Shown here: positions 1 through 10,746 of the stretch, in pieces | Numbering within the stretch: the stretch's first letter is position 1 | Layout of the letters: each line of letters begins with the position of its first letter | Assembly (NCBI GenBank): GCA_965224085.1 | Contig: CBDCYI010000004.1 | Location: 384,001 to 448,000, forward strand | Source of the DNA: Candidatus Marinacidobacterales bacterium | GTDB lineage: Bacteria > Acidobacteriota > Vicinamibacteria > Marinacidobacterales > SMYC01 | Direction of reading: 5' to 3' | Length of the DNA: 64,000 nucleotides | Program-made: the position numbers and the translations under genes | Notes under the pieces: generated by a model | What the model was told of the DNA's origin: nothing | Databases searched by the model: none | The model's input: only the letters and a program-made list of their open reading frames with translations

Positions 1-1706
1 TCTCCGTCCTCGATCGTGAACTCCTTTGCGAGAATCGTGATCTTCTTGATGCGCTCGTATTGGGCGAAAGCGCTGCTCAAGCTCTCGATCTCTTCGAGAA
101 TGAACTCTGTAACCTTGGGGTGGGCCGCCATGTCATCGGGGCTCTCCGCCGCGATCGACTGGGTACGGCACCAAAGGTTGAGCTTCTCGAAATCGGGTAC
201 CACTAGTGCTGAGGGAAACTTGCGCTTGTTGCCGACGACCACGAGCTCCGCGATATAGGCATTCGTCTTCAAGCGGCCTTCGATCGGCTGAGGAGCGATG
301 TTCTTCCCGCCGGCGGTGACGATGATATCTTTCTTGCGGTCGGTGATTTTCAGGAAGCCCTCGCCATCGAGCTCGCCGATATCCCCCGTATGAAAGAAGC
401 CGTCGGTGTCGATGGCTTTTTGGGTCGCATCCTCCTTCTTGTAATAGCCCTTCATGACGTTCGGGCCGCGAACGCAAATCTCGCCGTCCTCGGCGATCTT
501 CACTTCGACCTCGGGAATGAGACGACCCACCGTGCCGAACTTCAGGTTTCCCGGCCGGTTCACGGAGATCACGGGCGACGTCTCGGTCAATCCATAGCCC
601 TCGACAATCGTGATACCTGCAGCCCAGAAGAAATCGGCGATCTCCTTGGCGAGCGGCGCAGCGCCTGAGACAAAAAAGCGCAGCCGGCCGCCGATGCGGG
701 CCTTGAGCTTCTTGAAGACGAGGGCGTTCGCGAGCTTGTACTTGAGCTCGAGCCCCAAGGGCGCGGACTCGCCTCGGAGACGATACTTGCCGTGCTCGCC
801 GCCCACACCGATGGCCCAATGAAAGATTTTCTTCTTGCCCCCGCTTCCCTGGTCCACCGAATCCTTGACGCGCGCGTAGAGCTTCTCGTAGAAGCGCGGG
901 ACCATCGTCATGACGGTCGGCCGGATCTCGCCGAGGTTCGGCGCTACGTCGTCGAGGTTGCCCACGATAGCGGTGCTGACGCCCGCGGCCGCGTAGAGGT
1001 AGTGAGCCACCATCCGCTCGAACACATGACTATACGGGAGCGCCGACAGCGCGACGTCGGTTTCGTCAATCGGAAGCACTTTCAAACCAGCCTTGACGTT
1101 CGAGGCCAGGTTGTCGTGCGTGAGCATGACGCCTTTCGGATCGCCGGTAGTGCCGGATGTATAGACGATGCTGGCCAGGTCTTCCGGCGTGACCGCATCG
1201 GCGAGCTTCTGCACGAGATCAGGCTCCGCCTCCGCTTTGGCTTCGCCGCTCTTTTCGACGTTTTCGAGCATCACACCTTCGAGCTCGGCGCTCGTATCGA
1301 GCTTCACGAAATGTTCGACGGTTGTGAGCTCGTCCCGTATCTCGGCGACCTTTTTCTGTTGGTGGCCACCTGCGACGACGACGGCTTTCGCTTCCGAGTC
1401 CTTCACGATGTAGCTGATTTGGGACGGCATCAGATTCGCGTAGAGCGGGACATTGACAGCGCCGAGGATCTGGAGCGCTGAATCCACGAAAAACCACTCT
1501 GCTCGATTCCCGGACAACAAAGCGACGCGATCCCCGTGGGCGATTCCGAGCTCGTGAAGCCCCAGGGCGATGTGCCGCGCACGGCGGAGCCACTGATCCG
1601 AAGAAATCGAATGCCAGGTACCGTCCTTCTTGAACCGAAGCGCATCCTCTTTCTTGTGCTTGGCGACGGCGCCGGCGAGAAGTTGATTGAGTGTCCCGAA
1701 CTCCAT
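1..1706 (-). CDS. Long-chain fatty acid--CoA ligase (AMP-dependent synthetase); 3' end runs off the window
   Basis: Manual translation from ATG 1706 (GAGGTG RBS): MEFGTLNQLL..., YTSGTTGDPKG AMP-binding motif, EGYGLTETSP, FHTGDIG, ITDRKKDIIVTAGGKNIAP. Confidence 0.92.
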   Translation of the reverse strand, partial: MEFGTLNQLLAGAVAKHKKEDALRFKKDGTWHSISSDQWLRRARHIALGLHELGIAHGDRVALLSGNRAEWFFVDSALQILGAVNVPLYANLMPSQISYIVKDSEAKAVVVAGGHQQKKVAEIRDELTTVEHFVKLDTSAELEGVMLENVEKSGEAKAEAEPDLVQKLADAVTPEDLASIVYTSGTTGDPKGVMLTHDNLASNVKAGLKVLPIDETDVALSALPYSHVFERMVAHYLYAAAGVSTAIVGNLDDVAPNLGEIRPTVMTMVPRFYEKLYARVKDSVDQGSGGKKKIFHWAIGVGGEHGKYRLRGESAPLGLELKYKLANALVFKKLKARIGGRLRFFVSGAAPLAKEIADFFWAAGITIVEGYGLTETSPVISVNRPGNLKFGTVGRLIPEVEVKIAEDGEICVRGPNVMKGYYKKEDATQKAIDTDGFFHTGDIGELDGEGFLKITDRKKDIIVTAGGKNIAPQPIEGRLKTNAYIAELVVVGNKRKFPSALVVPDFEKLNLWCRTQSIAAESPDDMAAHPKVTEFILEEIESLSSAFAQYERIKKITILAKEFTIEDG

Positions 1707-1774
1707 GTGTCACCTCGATTTGCGCGCGATATTAGCATATGGAGCCGATCCCCGGCACCGCGTCTTGATTGACG

Positions 1775-1780
1775 TATAAT
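1775..1780 (+). promoter_or_regulatory. Consensus -10 box TATAAT, 6 nt upstream of the folK GTG
   Basis: gacgTATAATcgcgccGTG; no SD between box and start. Confidence 0.5.
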
Positions 1781-1786
1781 CGCGCC

Positions 1787-2278
1787 GTGGACGGGTATAT
1801 CGGACTGGGTTCGAACCTGGGCGAGCCCGTCTCCGAGCTCCGCGCGGGGACATCCGAGCTCCTCGATCGAGGTGTCATGATCACGCGTCGCTCGAGCGTC
1901 TATCGGACCGAGCCCGTCGACGCAGAAAGTGAAGCCTGGTTCATCAACGCGGTTTTCGAGATTCGCTTCGCCGGCGACGCGCGCGAGCTGCTGAAGGTCT
2001 GCCGCGCCATCGAAAGCGTGCGAGGGCGCGAGCGTAGAGTCAAAAACGGACCCCGGACCCTCGATCTGGACCTGTTGCTGGCGGGCGAGCTCGTGGTCTC
2101 GAGCGAGGATCTCACGATCCCGCATCCGCGGCTTCACTTGCGACGTTTCGTCCTCGTACCCATGGTCGAGATCGCCCCCGATGTGGTCCACCCTTTGAAA
2201 AAGCGCACGATGCGAGAGCTCTTGGCGGCGTGTGACGACGAGAGCACCGTTTTGCCGCTCGAAGAACTCATCGTTTAG
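1787..2278 (+). CDS. folK: 2-amino-4-hydroxy-6-hydroxymethyldihydropteridine diphosphokinase
   Basis: YIGLGSNLG, SSVYRTEP, GPRTLDLDLL, LTIPHPRLHLRRFVLVP. Confidence 0.95.
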   Translation: MDGYIGLGSNLGEPVSELRAGTSELLDRGVMITRRSSVYRTEPVDAESEAWFINAVFEIRFAGDARELLKVCRAIESVRGRERRVKNGPRTLDLDLLLAGELVVSSEDLTIPHPRLHLRRFVLVPMVEIAPDVVHPLKKRTMRELLAACDDESTVLPLEELIV

Positions 2279-2282
2279 CGTC

Positions 2283-2915
2283 ATGGACTTCCGCTACATT
2301 GCCGTCGAAGGCCCACCCGGGGTGGGCAAAACCGGGCTCGCCGAGCGGCTCGCCGCGAACCTGGACGGCCAAACGTTGCTCGAGCAGAAGAACAATCCTT
2401 TTCTCGACAAATTTCTCTCGGGAGAGCCGGGCGCCGCGTTCCAGACGCAAATTTTTTTTCTGCTCAGCCGCTACCGCGAGCTCGCGGCACTCGCGCAAAG
2501 AGAGCTTTTCTCTCAGACGCAGATTTCGGACTTCATTCTCGCAAAAGACAAGATTTACGCCTATCTGGGCCTCGATGACACGGAGCTCATGCTCTACGAG
2601 AAAATCTACGCCCCACTTGCGGGGGAAGTGCCGGCACCGGAGCTCGTCGTCTATCTCCAAGCTCCGGCGCAAGTCCTCGTGCGGCGACTCCGGGCACGCC
2701 CGGAAGCGTTCCCCGAAGAGGAGGACCTCCGCGACATCGTCCGGGCATATGACTACTTCTTCTTCCACTATACGGCGACGCCGCTGCTCGTCGTGAGCTC
2801 CGCGGATGTCGACTTCTCCGAACCCGATGCCGATCTCGAGGACCTCCTCCATGAGGTGCGGCTCATGCCGGGCGGAACTCGCTTCTACGTGCCGGCTAAA
2901 GTCAGCCCGGAATAG
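2283..2915 (+). CDS. Deoxynucleoside kinase
   Basis: YIAVEGPPGVGKT P-loop, AFQTQIFFLLSRY, PELVVYLQAP; follows folK. Confidence 0.9.
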   Translation: MDFRYIAVEGPPGVGKTGLAERLAANLDGQTLLEQKNNPFLDKFLSGEPGAAFQTQIFFLLSRYRELAALAQRELFSQTQISDFILAKDKIYAYLGLDDTELMLYEKIYAPLAGEVPAPELVVYLQAPAQVLVRRLRARPEAFPEEEDLRDIVRAYDYFFFHYTATPLLVVSSADVDFSEPDADLEDLLHEVRLMPGGTRFYVPAKVSPE

Positions 2916-2980
2916 GTTCTCTCAGCTGGTTGCCGCCGGCGCGAGCGCCGTGTTATTCTGGTTTCAATACATCTCCAAAA

Positions 2981-3706
2981 TTAAATAAACGCCCCCTCCC
3001 GCGTTTTTCCGAGCGGCCGGATTGCTTCGCATTTGGTCATTCGCCTGAGGTTGCCGGCTGAGCTGCCGTCTCCCAGCAATGCCACCCTCAAATCGGTCCC
3101 CAGCTCATCGGCAACCTTCTTCACCGAATGTAGGAGCAAGTCAATGCGCTTGTACGGCTCGAGATAGCCCACGTACAGGAGATCGTAGTCGGGTAGGGAA
3201 GGGTGGGCCGCGTTCGGCGCTTGGTTGAAACGGAACAGGTTGGGTGGGTGGTAGATTTTGTTGGGCTCAACTCCGCGCTCGGTGAGGGCTCGTTTCGTGT
3301 GCGGACCACGCGTCACCACCAAGTCCGCCGCTTTGACGAACCGCATTAACGTTGGGTGTTGAAGACATAGATGGAGATCTTTCCCAATCAAGTTCTGAAT
3401 GGCCGGCTTGGCGAAGACTTTTCCCACCAGCCCGGCGATGACGCCGTGCAGGATCATGTAGATACCCATGATCGCGTCGACTCTTTTGAAAGAACACACG
3501 TAGACCAACGTCAGTATTCGGTATGATTCTGCGGTCAAGATGTTTTTCGCCAACATACGGGGAGGCGAATAGCAGGTTACCTTGCGGTGCGCGAAGGGTC
3601 GGCGGCGGAAGAGGAAGATATTCTCCACAAAATCGATGTTGGCGATGGGCTTTATCTTCGAGAGGAGTTTCTTGTCGGAAAGGCCACAGGTAATGGCGAT
3701 GTTCAT
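2981..3706 (-). pseudogene. GT4-like glycosyltransferase, C-terminally truncated
   Basis: LLYVGYLEPYKRIDLLL...LLGDG, then ends before the E-x7-E motif. Confidence 0.65.
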
Positions 3707-3769
3707 AGAGTCCCATTTGGCCCGGCCTAGTGGTGAACCTACTTATAACTCATTTGTCATGATTTCGTG

Positions 3770-4284
3770 AAAGCGTGAGGGGTAAAACCCTATCGCCACC
3801 GGGCGGGCTTACTGTGCGGAGCTTGGCTCTTTGCCGGGATCGTTTGGGGCAGAAGACTCTCCAGCTGCGCTCGGTGACGAAGAGCATGTCCGATAGATGA
3901 TCGGTGGCGATCCGATTGAGCTCTTCGGGCATCGTCCGATCGACGCTACTCAGACCCGCTTCGAGGTGTGCGAGCGCAGAGTCGGCCTGAACCGGCCACT
4001 GCTCCAGCCAAGCTGCCGTTGACGTCTCCAGGAACAATCACCCAGGCTAGGCTGGGCGCTCCGTTTTCGCGGTTTGCAGCCAGGAGTGAGGTTTCCCACC
4101 TCCAGATCGATGTCCGGCTCCGGAATGGCTAGCTGCGTAAAGAACACTTCCGACATGTTCCGATCGAAGTGCTGCCCGGTGTGAACCAAGACGGTCTTGA
4201 CGCCGGAATGCTTCTTCAGCGCTGCGATGACTGGCGCCATCTTGATGAAATTGGAGCGGGTGCCACGAGCCCATCAATCTTCAT
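3770..4284 (-). pseudogene. wecB: UDP-GlcNAc 2-epimerase (non-hydrolysing), frameshifted and truncated
   Basis: NFIKMAPV, LVHTGQHFD, AHLEAGL, MPEELNRIATDHLSD spread over several frames. Confidence 0.85.
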
Positions 4285-4453
4285 AAGGTCTAGATGCACG
4301 TGTGCTCGTGAGTTCAGCGGGAAACATTCAGGAGCGTGAGCGACCACGGACTACACACAATCGGAAGTCTTAAACTCGGTGGCGCTCGATTGCGCCTAAA
4401 ACGCCCTGGCGCAAATAGATAAAGATCCGAATCCGCACCCTCATCGGGACTGG

Positions 4454-5746
4454 GTGCTGGCGGTGCTCAACCCGGAACCGCGAACTTTAATTGCCGTTTT
4501 CCGTCTCGTGCCCGTCCTCCTCACGCCTGTGCTCGCGCTGGTCCTCTACTGGATCCATCCCGCAAGGTCACACGCCCTGGTCACGTCGGTCAGCATTCTC
4601 CTCTTTTGGCCCGCTGGCTCTCAACTGCTTCCCGAGGAAGCCCTTCTCCCTCCCATACTGTTTTGGGGGGATCCCTGGGGCGGTCTGGGCTTGTGCGTGA
4701 TGGTGGTAGGAGCAGTGGCCCTGGATCATCGGTCGTGGTGGGTGCGAGTCCCAGTCGCGATTCCTTGTCTGTTCCTCGCTTGCTTTCTTGATCCGAATCT
4801 CAGTGTGGTTCTCTTCGCTTTTTGTTTTGGCGCGTTGTTGCTACAGGCTGTACCCCAGACTCGCGCAGATCGTTGGCCCGCTTTGGCACTCTCCCTGACC
4901 GCCATGGTCGTCCTGGTCACGAAAGCGATGTCCTCGTCTCCGCCGGAGCTCTCCATCGAGAGAGCCGTTCTTACGGACCTCTGGACCTGGGCCACGCTGG
5001 GGCAGCCCATTTGGGTGGCCCTCGCGATTCTTGCAGTGAAACGAAAACCCCTCTCCGAGCTGAGACCGGGCCATCGAATGTTAGCCGGCAGCGTCGCGCT
5101 CCTGCTGGCCCACGAGCTCGGTCTCTTTCCCATACCGCTCGGGTCAGCATTGGCCACGTACCGCCTCGGCCTGATCTACAGCGCGGCCCCCGTGGTCTTG
5201 GAGCTCACCGCGGCTTTGGGTCGCCAGTTGTTCTCGAATGTCCCTCCCAAGCGAAGCTTCATCCGCAGCCAAGCTGTGATTCTCGTTGTCGCCGGGGTCC
5301 TTTCGCCGCTATACACCTTCAGCCCGTTTTTCACGTATCGACATTATCAACTCAGCTGTCAGCCGATCTCCTTGAGCCAAGTCGGCGCGGCTCAGTGGGT
5401 CCACGAAAATACGCCTCCCGATGCGGTTCTTGTGGCGGACACGGACCTTGCTCCGATCCTAGCCATCGTTTCCGGACGCCGGCTGCTTCGCACGGACGGG
5501 CTCCCGGAAAGGCCGGATGACCTTCCGCGGCGGCGGGTGGAGGCTCGTTTACTCGGAGGTCGCCGGCCTCATCGCATGCTCCCAGCAGCAAGACGCTTCG
5601 GCGTGACCCATCTTGCAGTAAATCGAGCAGCCGGCATGCCCGGATTGATCAAACAGCCGTCGAATTACGAAGGACGTCGACCATTCAAGAAAATCCACCA
5701 GATGGGAAGCTGGTTCTTTCTTTTTGAGATTGTGGACGAGAGCTGA
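4454..5746 (+). CDS. Polytopic membrane protein (GT-C-like), possibly 5'-truncated
   Basis: Many hydrophobic helices; C-terminal AAQWVHENTPPDAVLVAD...GVTHL. Confidence 0.55.
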   Translation: MLAVLNPEPRTLIAVFRLVPVLLTPVLALVLYWIHPARSHALVTSVSILLFWPAGSQLLPEEALLPPILFWGDPWGGLGLCVMVVGAVALDHRSWWVRVPVAIPCLFLACFLDPNLSVVLFAFCFGALLLQAVPQTRADRWPALALSLTAMVVLVTKAMSSSPPELSIERAVLTDLWTWATLGQPIWVALAILAVKRKPLSELRPGHRMLAGSVALLLAHELGLFPIPLGSALATYRLGLIYSAAPVVLELTAALGRQLFSNVPPKRSFIRSQAVILVVAGVLSPLYTFSPFFTYRHYQLSCQPISLSQVGAAQWVHENTPPDAVLVADTDLAPILAIVSGRRLLRTDGLPERPDDLPRRRVEARLLGGRRPHRMLPAARRFGVTHLAVNRAAGMPGLIKQPSNYEGRRPFKKIHQMGSWFFLFEIVDES

Positions 5747-5965
5747 GTTCGCAAAACAGCCCCTCCGCGGACAGTTCCTTTGTCAACCCCGCGACCGGAG
5801 GCAAACAACTCCGTGTTTCACCGAAGGCTCATGCGGAAAACTCGAGTGGCATCATGCACGTAGACGCGTCCGAGCTTATCGACGGCCATACCCGGAAAGA
5901 GCTTCTCCGGGCTGCCCGATATCCACGAAATCTCCATCGTTTGTGGATTCAAGGCGAACAAGCCC

Positions 5966-7125
5966 TTATCCCAAACGGTTCCTTAGAATCACCTGTTCCC
6001 TTTCCCACCAATTCAAATGGCTGATGCTGTGGGAGAACCGTCGTATTGTCCGTGTGATTCCGGTGCGGGGAAGATACTCGAACAACTCGCCGCTGCTCGT
6101 TCCACCTAGGAGACGTCCGTCCTCCAAGCTGATGAGCGCCGTGACCTCCGCGGCCTCAGGCACCGGAATGATATCGTTGACGACCGCGCCGGAATCGGGA
6201 TCGAAGACCAACAAATGAGCCGGCTCGGTCGTGCCCTTTTCCCCTGGCCCGACCTCAAGGGAGGAGGTTCCCGCATAAACGAGTCCTCCCGGCCCGAAGC
6301 AAACGGCCTTCATGGACTGATCCGGGACGAGGTTTTGATACGTCTGCCAGGTGAGGGTGGACTCCTCGAAAACGGTTAAAGCCCCGCCTTTCCTTCCGTA
6401 GTCCGGACGGGTCGCAATGACCACGGTACCATCAGCGCTTCTGTCGGTGGCATTGGCCATGCCCTGCCCGGTACCCAGCCTACCGAGGTGCCGGGGGTTG
6501 GGCTGCGGGTCTTGACCGGTCCACGGACGCTCCAAGTCATAAAGGTAGAGGTCACCATGATAACCGGGAAGGAGTATAGCTCCCGGAAGAGCTTGCATTA
6601 CGAGAAACTCTCCCTGGGCGTTGGGTACGCGGCCCAAAGAGCGCAGGGTGCCGCTTCCGGATCGACCCGAAAGGGGCTTGCGTTATAGTAAGTGAACCCA
6701 TAGACATAGTCATCCTGCCCCAACCCTAATCCCTGTATATTCATACCGTTCTGCTTGGCGGCCAAATCCAGCTGTCCAAGGGGAGCGCGTCACCACCCGG
6801 TAGCGCCCATCCGATGTGATACGCACCTTACCTTGACGGGAGTTTACGCCGCTTAACGGTTTATCGTGAACCTTCACCCGAAAGGACTTCGGTCGCGCAC
6901 CTCCGGACAACTCAGACAAAAGCCAACCGTCTTGGAACCGGAGATTCCTGGCAAAGGCAGCTCCGTCGTGCGCTCCTTCAAGGAGGTCGGCGAACCGGCC
7001 GCTACGTGGATCGTACGAGACGATACCGGCTGGCGTCCCCAGCCCGCAATACACTGTTCCCGACGCGCCCACGAGAAGCTCGCGCAGGTATTGGCGACCG
7101 GGGAAAAGGCGCCGCTTTCGACGAA
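5966..7125 (-). pseudogene. Beta-propeller protein, fragmented
   Basis: ORFs 5966-6637 and 6710-7072 with propeller-like repeats (GLVYAGTS, LLVFDPDSG, GIVSYDP). Confidence 0.55.
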
Positions 7126-7129
7126 AGGA

Positions 7130-7741
7130 ATGTCACCGCGAGAAGCAACCCCACCATGACACCCAGATAGACGGGGACCGCAGACACGCGCACACCAGAA
7201 CTCAACGATCCGGCCACCAAGATCGTCACGAGTAACCACACGACCGGTGCCCGCGTCCCGTCGCCAGCCAGGAATATGCAAGCAAGGCAGGGACCGCAAC
7301 CTTTCTTGCGACCCTCCAGTAGTTGAGCAGGAATCTGAAGATTACCTGTCCGCAGACAAGAAGCCCAAGGAGACAAACGAAGTTGGCGTGCTTGTCGTCC
7401 CCAAACAACAATTGAGTGAGCGACATCCGGAAGGGCCACACCAACAACAGAGCGAAGCCGCACGCGCACACGATGCAGAAAGAACATGCCGTAGAAAGCG
7501 TTGGCGAACTTTTCCTTTCCTCGATCCCAGGCAGGTAACGCACTGCGGCTTGATCCAAGCCAAGAACGAGAATAGGAGAGGAAGACGCGAAGTCGACGAC
7601 AACTGGCGCCAGATCCCATAGTCGGCGATACTGAGGCCGATCGAAATTATCGGTAGCACAAGCAGCCCACGAACCTGCCCTACGAAGTGAGACGCCCCGT
7701 GATGACGACATCGAGCAAGAATCTGGCCTTCTCTTCGCCAC
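7130..7741 (-). pseudogene. Wzx-like polysaccharide flippase, N-terminal remnant
   Basis: LVLPIISIGLSIADYGIW and LGLDQAAVRYLP in different frames; next to wecB. Confidence 0.65.
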
Positions 7742-7801
7742 CGATATGAGCCCGCTGCGGGTCGGTCTCTTTCTTCATCCGACTGCCATCGTTGCAAGCT
7801 T

Positions 7802-8581
7802 CTAGCTGTGGGCACCCAGAAGGCCTTCGACAATTCTGATTGATGCGTGTCCGTCACCGTATTCCGCGATCGGTCGCCCTGTCTCACATTTCTGACAGGC
7901 GTCCACGATCGCGTTTGCGTCTGCCCCAACCAAAGTGTTCCACCCATGCGACACAGTTTCCGTCCACTCGGTCTCATCGCGCAGCGTTATGCACGGCACG
8001 CCGTGAAAATAGGCTTCCTTCTGGACCCCCCCGGAATCCGTGAGAATCGCTTTAGCAGCCATCTCGTGGCGGACCCCCTGAGATATGCCTTCTGTCCTGA
8101 GGTTGGCTACTGCAGTCGACGTCGGGCAGAACAGCAACGTCGACAACCGATCGGTCAGTATGCGATTGATCTCTTCCGGCATGCTGTTGTTGAATGATCT
8201 CAGACCCGACTCCACATGAGCAACCGGAACGTTTAGCTTGGCGGCACACAAGGCACCCGCCAACGTCGAGTTTGTATCGCCATAGACCAAGACCCAGTCG
8301 GGGCAGCGCTCCTCGAGTTCTCTCTCGAGACCGATGAGCATCTTCCCCGTCATCCATCCGTGCCCACCCGAGCCCACTTTAAGGTTGACCGCCGGTTCGC
8401 GAATGCCCAACTCGTCGAAAAATACCTGGCTCACCGCGGGATCGTAGTGTTGGCCGGTATGGACAAGCTCTTCGACCAGTTTCGGACCGAGCCCTGTTTC
8501 GTTATGACGATCGATCGCCTTGCATACCATCACCGCCTTTATGAACTGCGGTCTCGCGCCGACCACGGTGAGTACTTTCAT
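7802..8581 (-). pseudogene. wecB: UDP-GlcNAc 2-epimerase with in-frame internal deletion
   Basis: TVVGARPQFIK, HTGQHYD, YGDTNST, HVESGLRS, then a jump to ILTDSGGVQKEA; 259 aa versus ~360 typical. Confidence 0.88.
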
Positions 8582-8868
8582 TTCTCTCATCGCAGGCCAC
8601 TCATGGCTCGTCGAACTCGAACCCATTCCTCACGGCCAATGCTTGGGGTGAGTGCCCCGTGGTTTGATGACGTTGGACAAAACAGAATCAAGCCGCGAAG
8701 AAAGGAGCCGAGATGTGTCATTTTCCAGAATCATGACCCCACCGTTTTCATCAACATGACGCCGGGGTCAAAGGCCTACCCGCGAATCAATACCACAACT
8801 TCCTCGGATCTTTACTAGATCTCTTTCGTCGAGTATGGAACGTCGGCGCCGAGGGGGTACCCTAGCTA

Positions 8869-10552
8869 GTACCCGTCCTGACAGGTGTAAGAGGTTGAGA
8901 AAAAAGGGGTAATCGCAAATTTAGGGCTAGCCTTCTGAGGGAGTGTCGTTTAGTATCGAGTCGACAAAAACGCAGATTCTAAACGACTTAACTCCAAAGG
9001 AGACCAGCCCTAAATGCGAAAAACGATCAACCCACAACCAAGCCTTCGCGAGCCCTGGCTGGAGCTGGAGCACGCACGCGAGCTCGAAACGATATCATCG
9101 CTGCTCGATGCCCATCCTAAGCTCAATGAGCTGGTACTGCAAGACCTGAGGTCGGTCACCCCATCGGCAGGGAGCGATGTTGGTCGTGGGGGAATGAGCG
9201 CGGAGCAGGTTCTCCGGGCGTTGTTGGTCAAGCAGCTGAATCAGTTCACCTATCGGGAGCTGGCGTTTCACTTGGCAGACTCTCGAAGCTATCGGACGTT
9301 TTGCCAGCTCGGCATCATAGAGCCGAGCCCGTCGAAGTCGACCCTAGCAGCAAACATCAAAGCCGTGAAGTTCGAAACGCTGGAGAAAATCAACCGAGAG
9401 TTGGTGAGTGTTGCCGAGAAGACCGCGATCGAAAAAGGAAGAAAAGTACGAGTGGACTGCACGGTAGTGGAGTCGAATATTCATTCTCCTACGGACTCCG
9501 AGCTTCTTTATGACTGCGTCCGAGTTCTCACTCGCCTCATGTGCCGAACTCGCGAACTGCTGGGTACAGTAGTGGTCTTCGGCAATCGAACGCGTCGAGC
9601 GAAGAGACGTCGACTGGGAGTTCTAAACGCGAAGGATAAGGAACAAAGGCGTCGCGTCTATCGAGATCTACTGAAGGTGTCGGAAGAAACCTATCGCTCC
9701 GCTCAACGCGTTGCAGACCAGTTGGACGAGTCCGGCTTGACCGAGCCGGTGAAGCGAGCGAGTGCGGAGAAGATCGCCGCGGATTTTAAGCACTTTCTCG
9801 TCCTCACCGAAAAAGTCATCAACCAAACTCGGCGTAGAGTGATTGATGAAGAGCGTGTGCCTGCGGAGGAAAAGGTCGTTTCGATCTTCGAAGAACACAC
9901 CGACATTATTCGCAAAGACCGGCGCGAGACTCTCTACGGTCACAAGGTGTGTTTGACTGGTGGCTCGTCCTCGATGATTTTGGATTGCGTGATCTTGGAT
10001 GGGAATCCGTCCGATTCAACTCTCGCGGAAACCATGATCGACCGTCAAGTCGAACTCTACGAACGGGCCCCGCGCCAGGTTGCCTACGATGGCGCGTTTT
10101 CTTCAAAGGCAAACTTGGAAGCCATCAAAGGCAAGGGAGTTGAAGATGTTGCCTTTACCAAGGCTCACTTCGCGGTGACCGATATGGTCAAGAGTTCCTG
10201 GGTCTATCAACGCCTACGGCGATTTCGCTGCGGAATCGAAGGCGTCATTTCGTTCTTGAAACGAGTCTTTGGTCTCGACCGATGCACATGGCGCTCATTG
10301 CCTTCTTTCAAATCCTACGTATGGAGTTCCATCATCACCTGCAACCTGTTGGTAATGGCAAGGCACCTATTACGATAATAATGATTGCTCTTACTGCGTT
10401 TATAGCCATGGATTGCTGACGATTCGCCTCTCGTTTCGTCCAAGATTTTCATTCGCTTCCGAGCCTACGAGGTGCCGACTGAAAACGTATAATACCCACA
10501 TCTTCGATAGGCCTCTCGTACACCACAAGTTATGGTGTTTCTGGACAGGAAC
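8869..10552 (+). mobile_element. ISNCY-type IS 'A', copy 1 (1684 bp)
   Basis: Imperfect TIRs GTACCCGTCCTGACA / GTTCCTGTCCAGAAA; TAGCTA at 8863-8868 and 10553-10558. Confidence 0.92.
9014..10378 (+). CDS. DDE transposase of IS A (454 aa)
   Basis: RVDCTVVESNIHSPTDS, AYDGAF, RFRCGIEGVISFLKR. Confidence 0.93.
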   Translation: MRKTINPQPSLREPWLELEHARELETISSLLDAHPKLNELVLQDLRSVTPSAGSDVGRGGMSAEQVLRALLVKQLNQFTYRELAFHLADSRSYRTFCQLGIIEPSPSKSTLAANIKAVKFETLEKINRELVSVAEKTAIEKGRKVRVDCTVVESNIHSPTDSELLYDCVRVLTRLMCRTRELLGTVVVFGNRTRRAKRRRLGVLNAKDKEQRRRVYRDLLKVSEETYRSAQRVADQLDESGLTEPVKRASAEKIAADFKHFLVLTEKVINQTRRRVIDEERVPAEEKVVSIFEEHTDIIRKDRRETLYGHKVCLTGGSSSMILDCVILDGNPSDSTLAETMIDRQVELYERAPRQVAYDGAFSSKANLEAIKGKGVEDVAFTKAHFAVTDMVKSSWVYQRLRRFRCGIEGVISFLKRVFGLDRCTWRSLPSFKSYVWSSIITCNLLVMARHLLR

Positions 10553-10746
10553 TAGCTAGAGCCTGTTGCAAAACGTAACCGCTTTCACCGTTGGTTTCAA
10601 TCCGCGTCCAATCGGGCAGCTGACAGATCTGTGATTTGCCGGCGCCAAACGCGCCTGGATCGATCCGCAAGAATTTTCCCAACTATTTTGTATTTGGTCG
10701 TTTTTTTCTTGACTTGTAGCCTAAGGGATGATATTTATTAGGCGTT

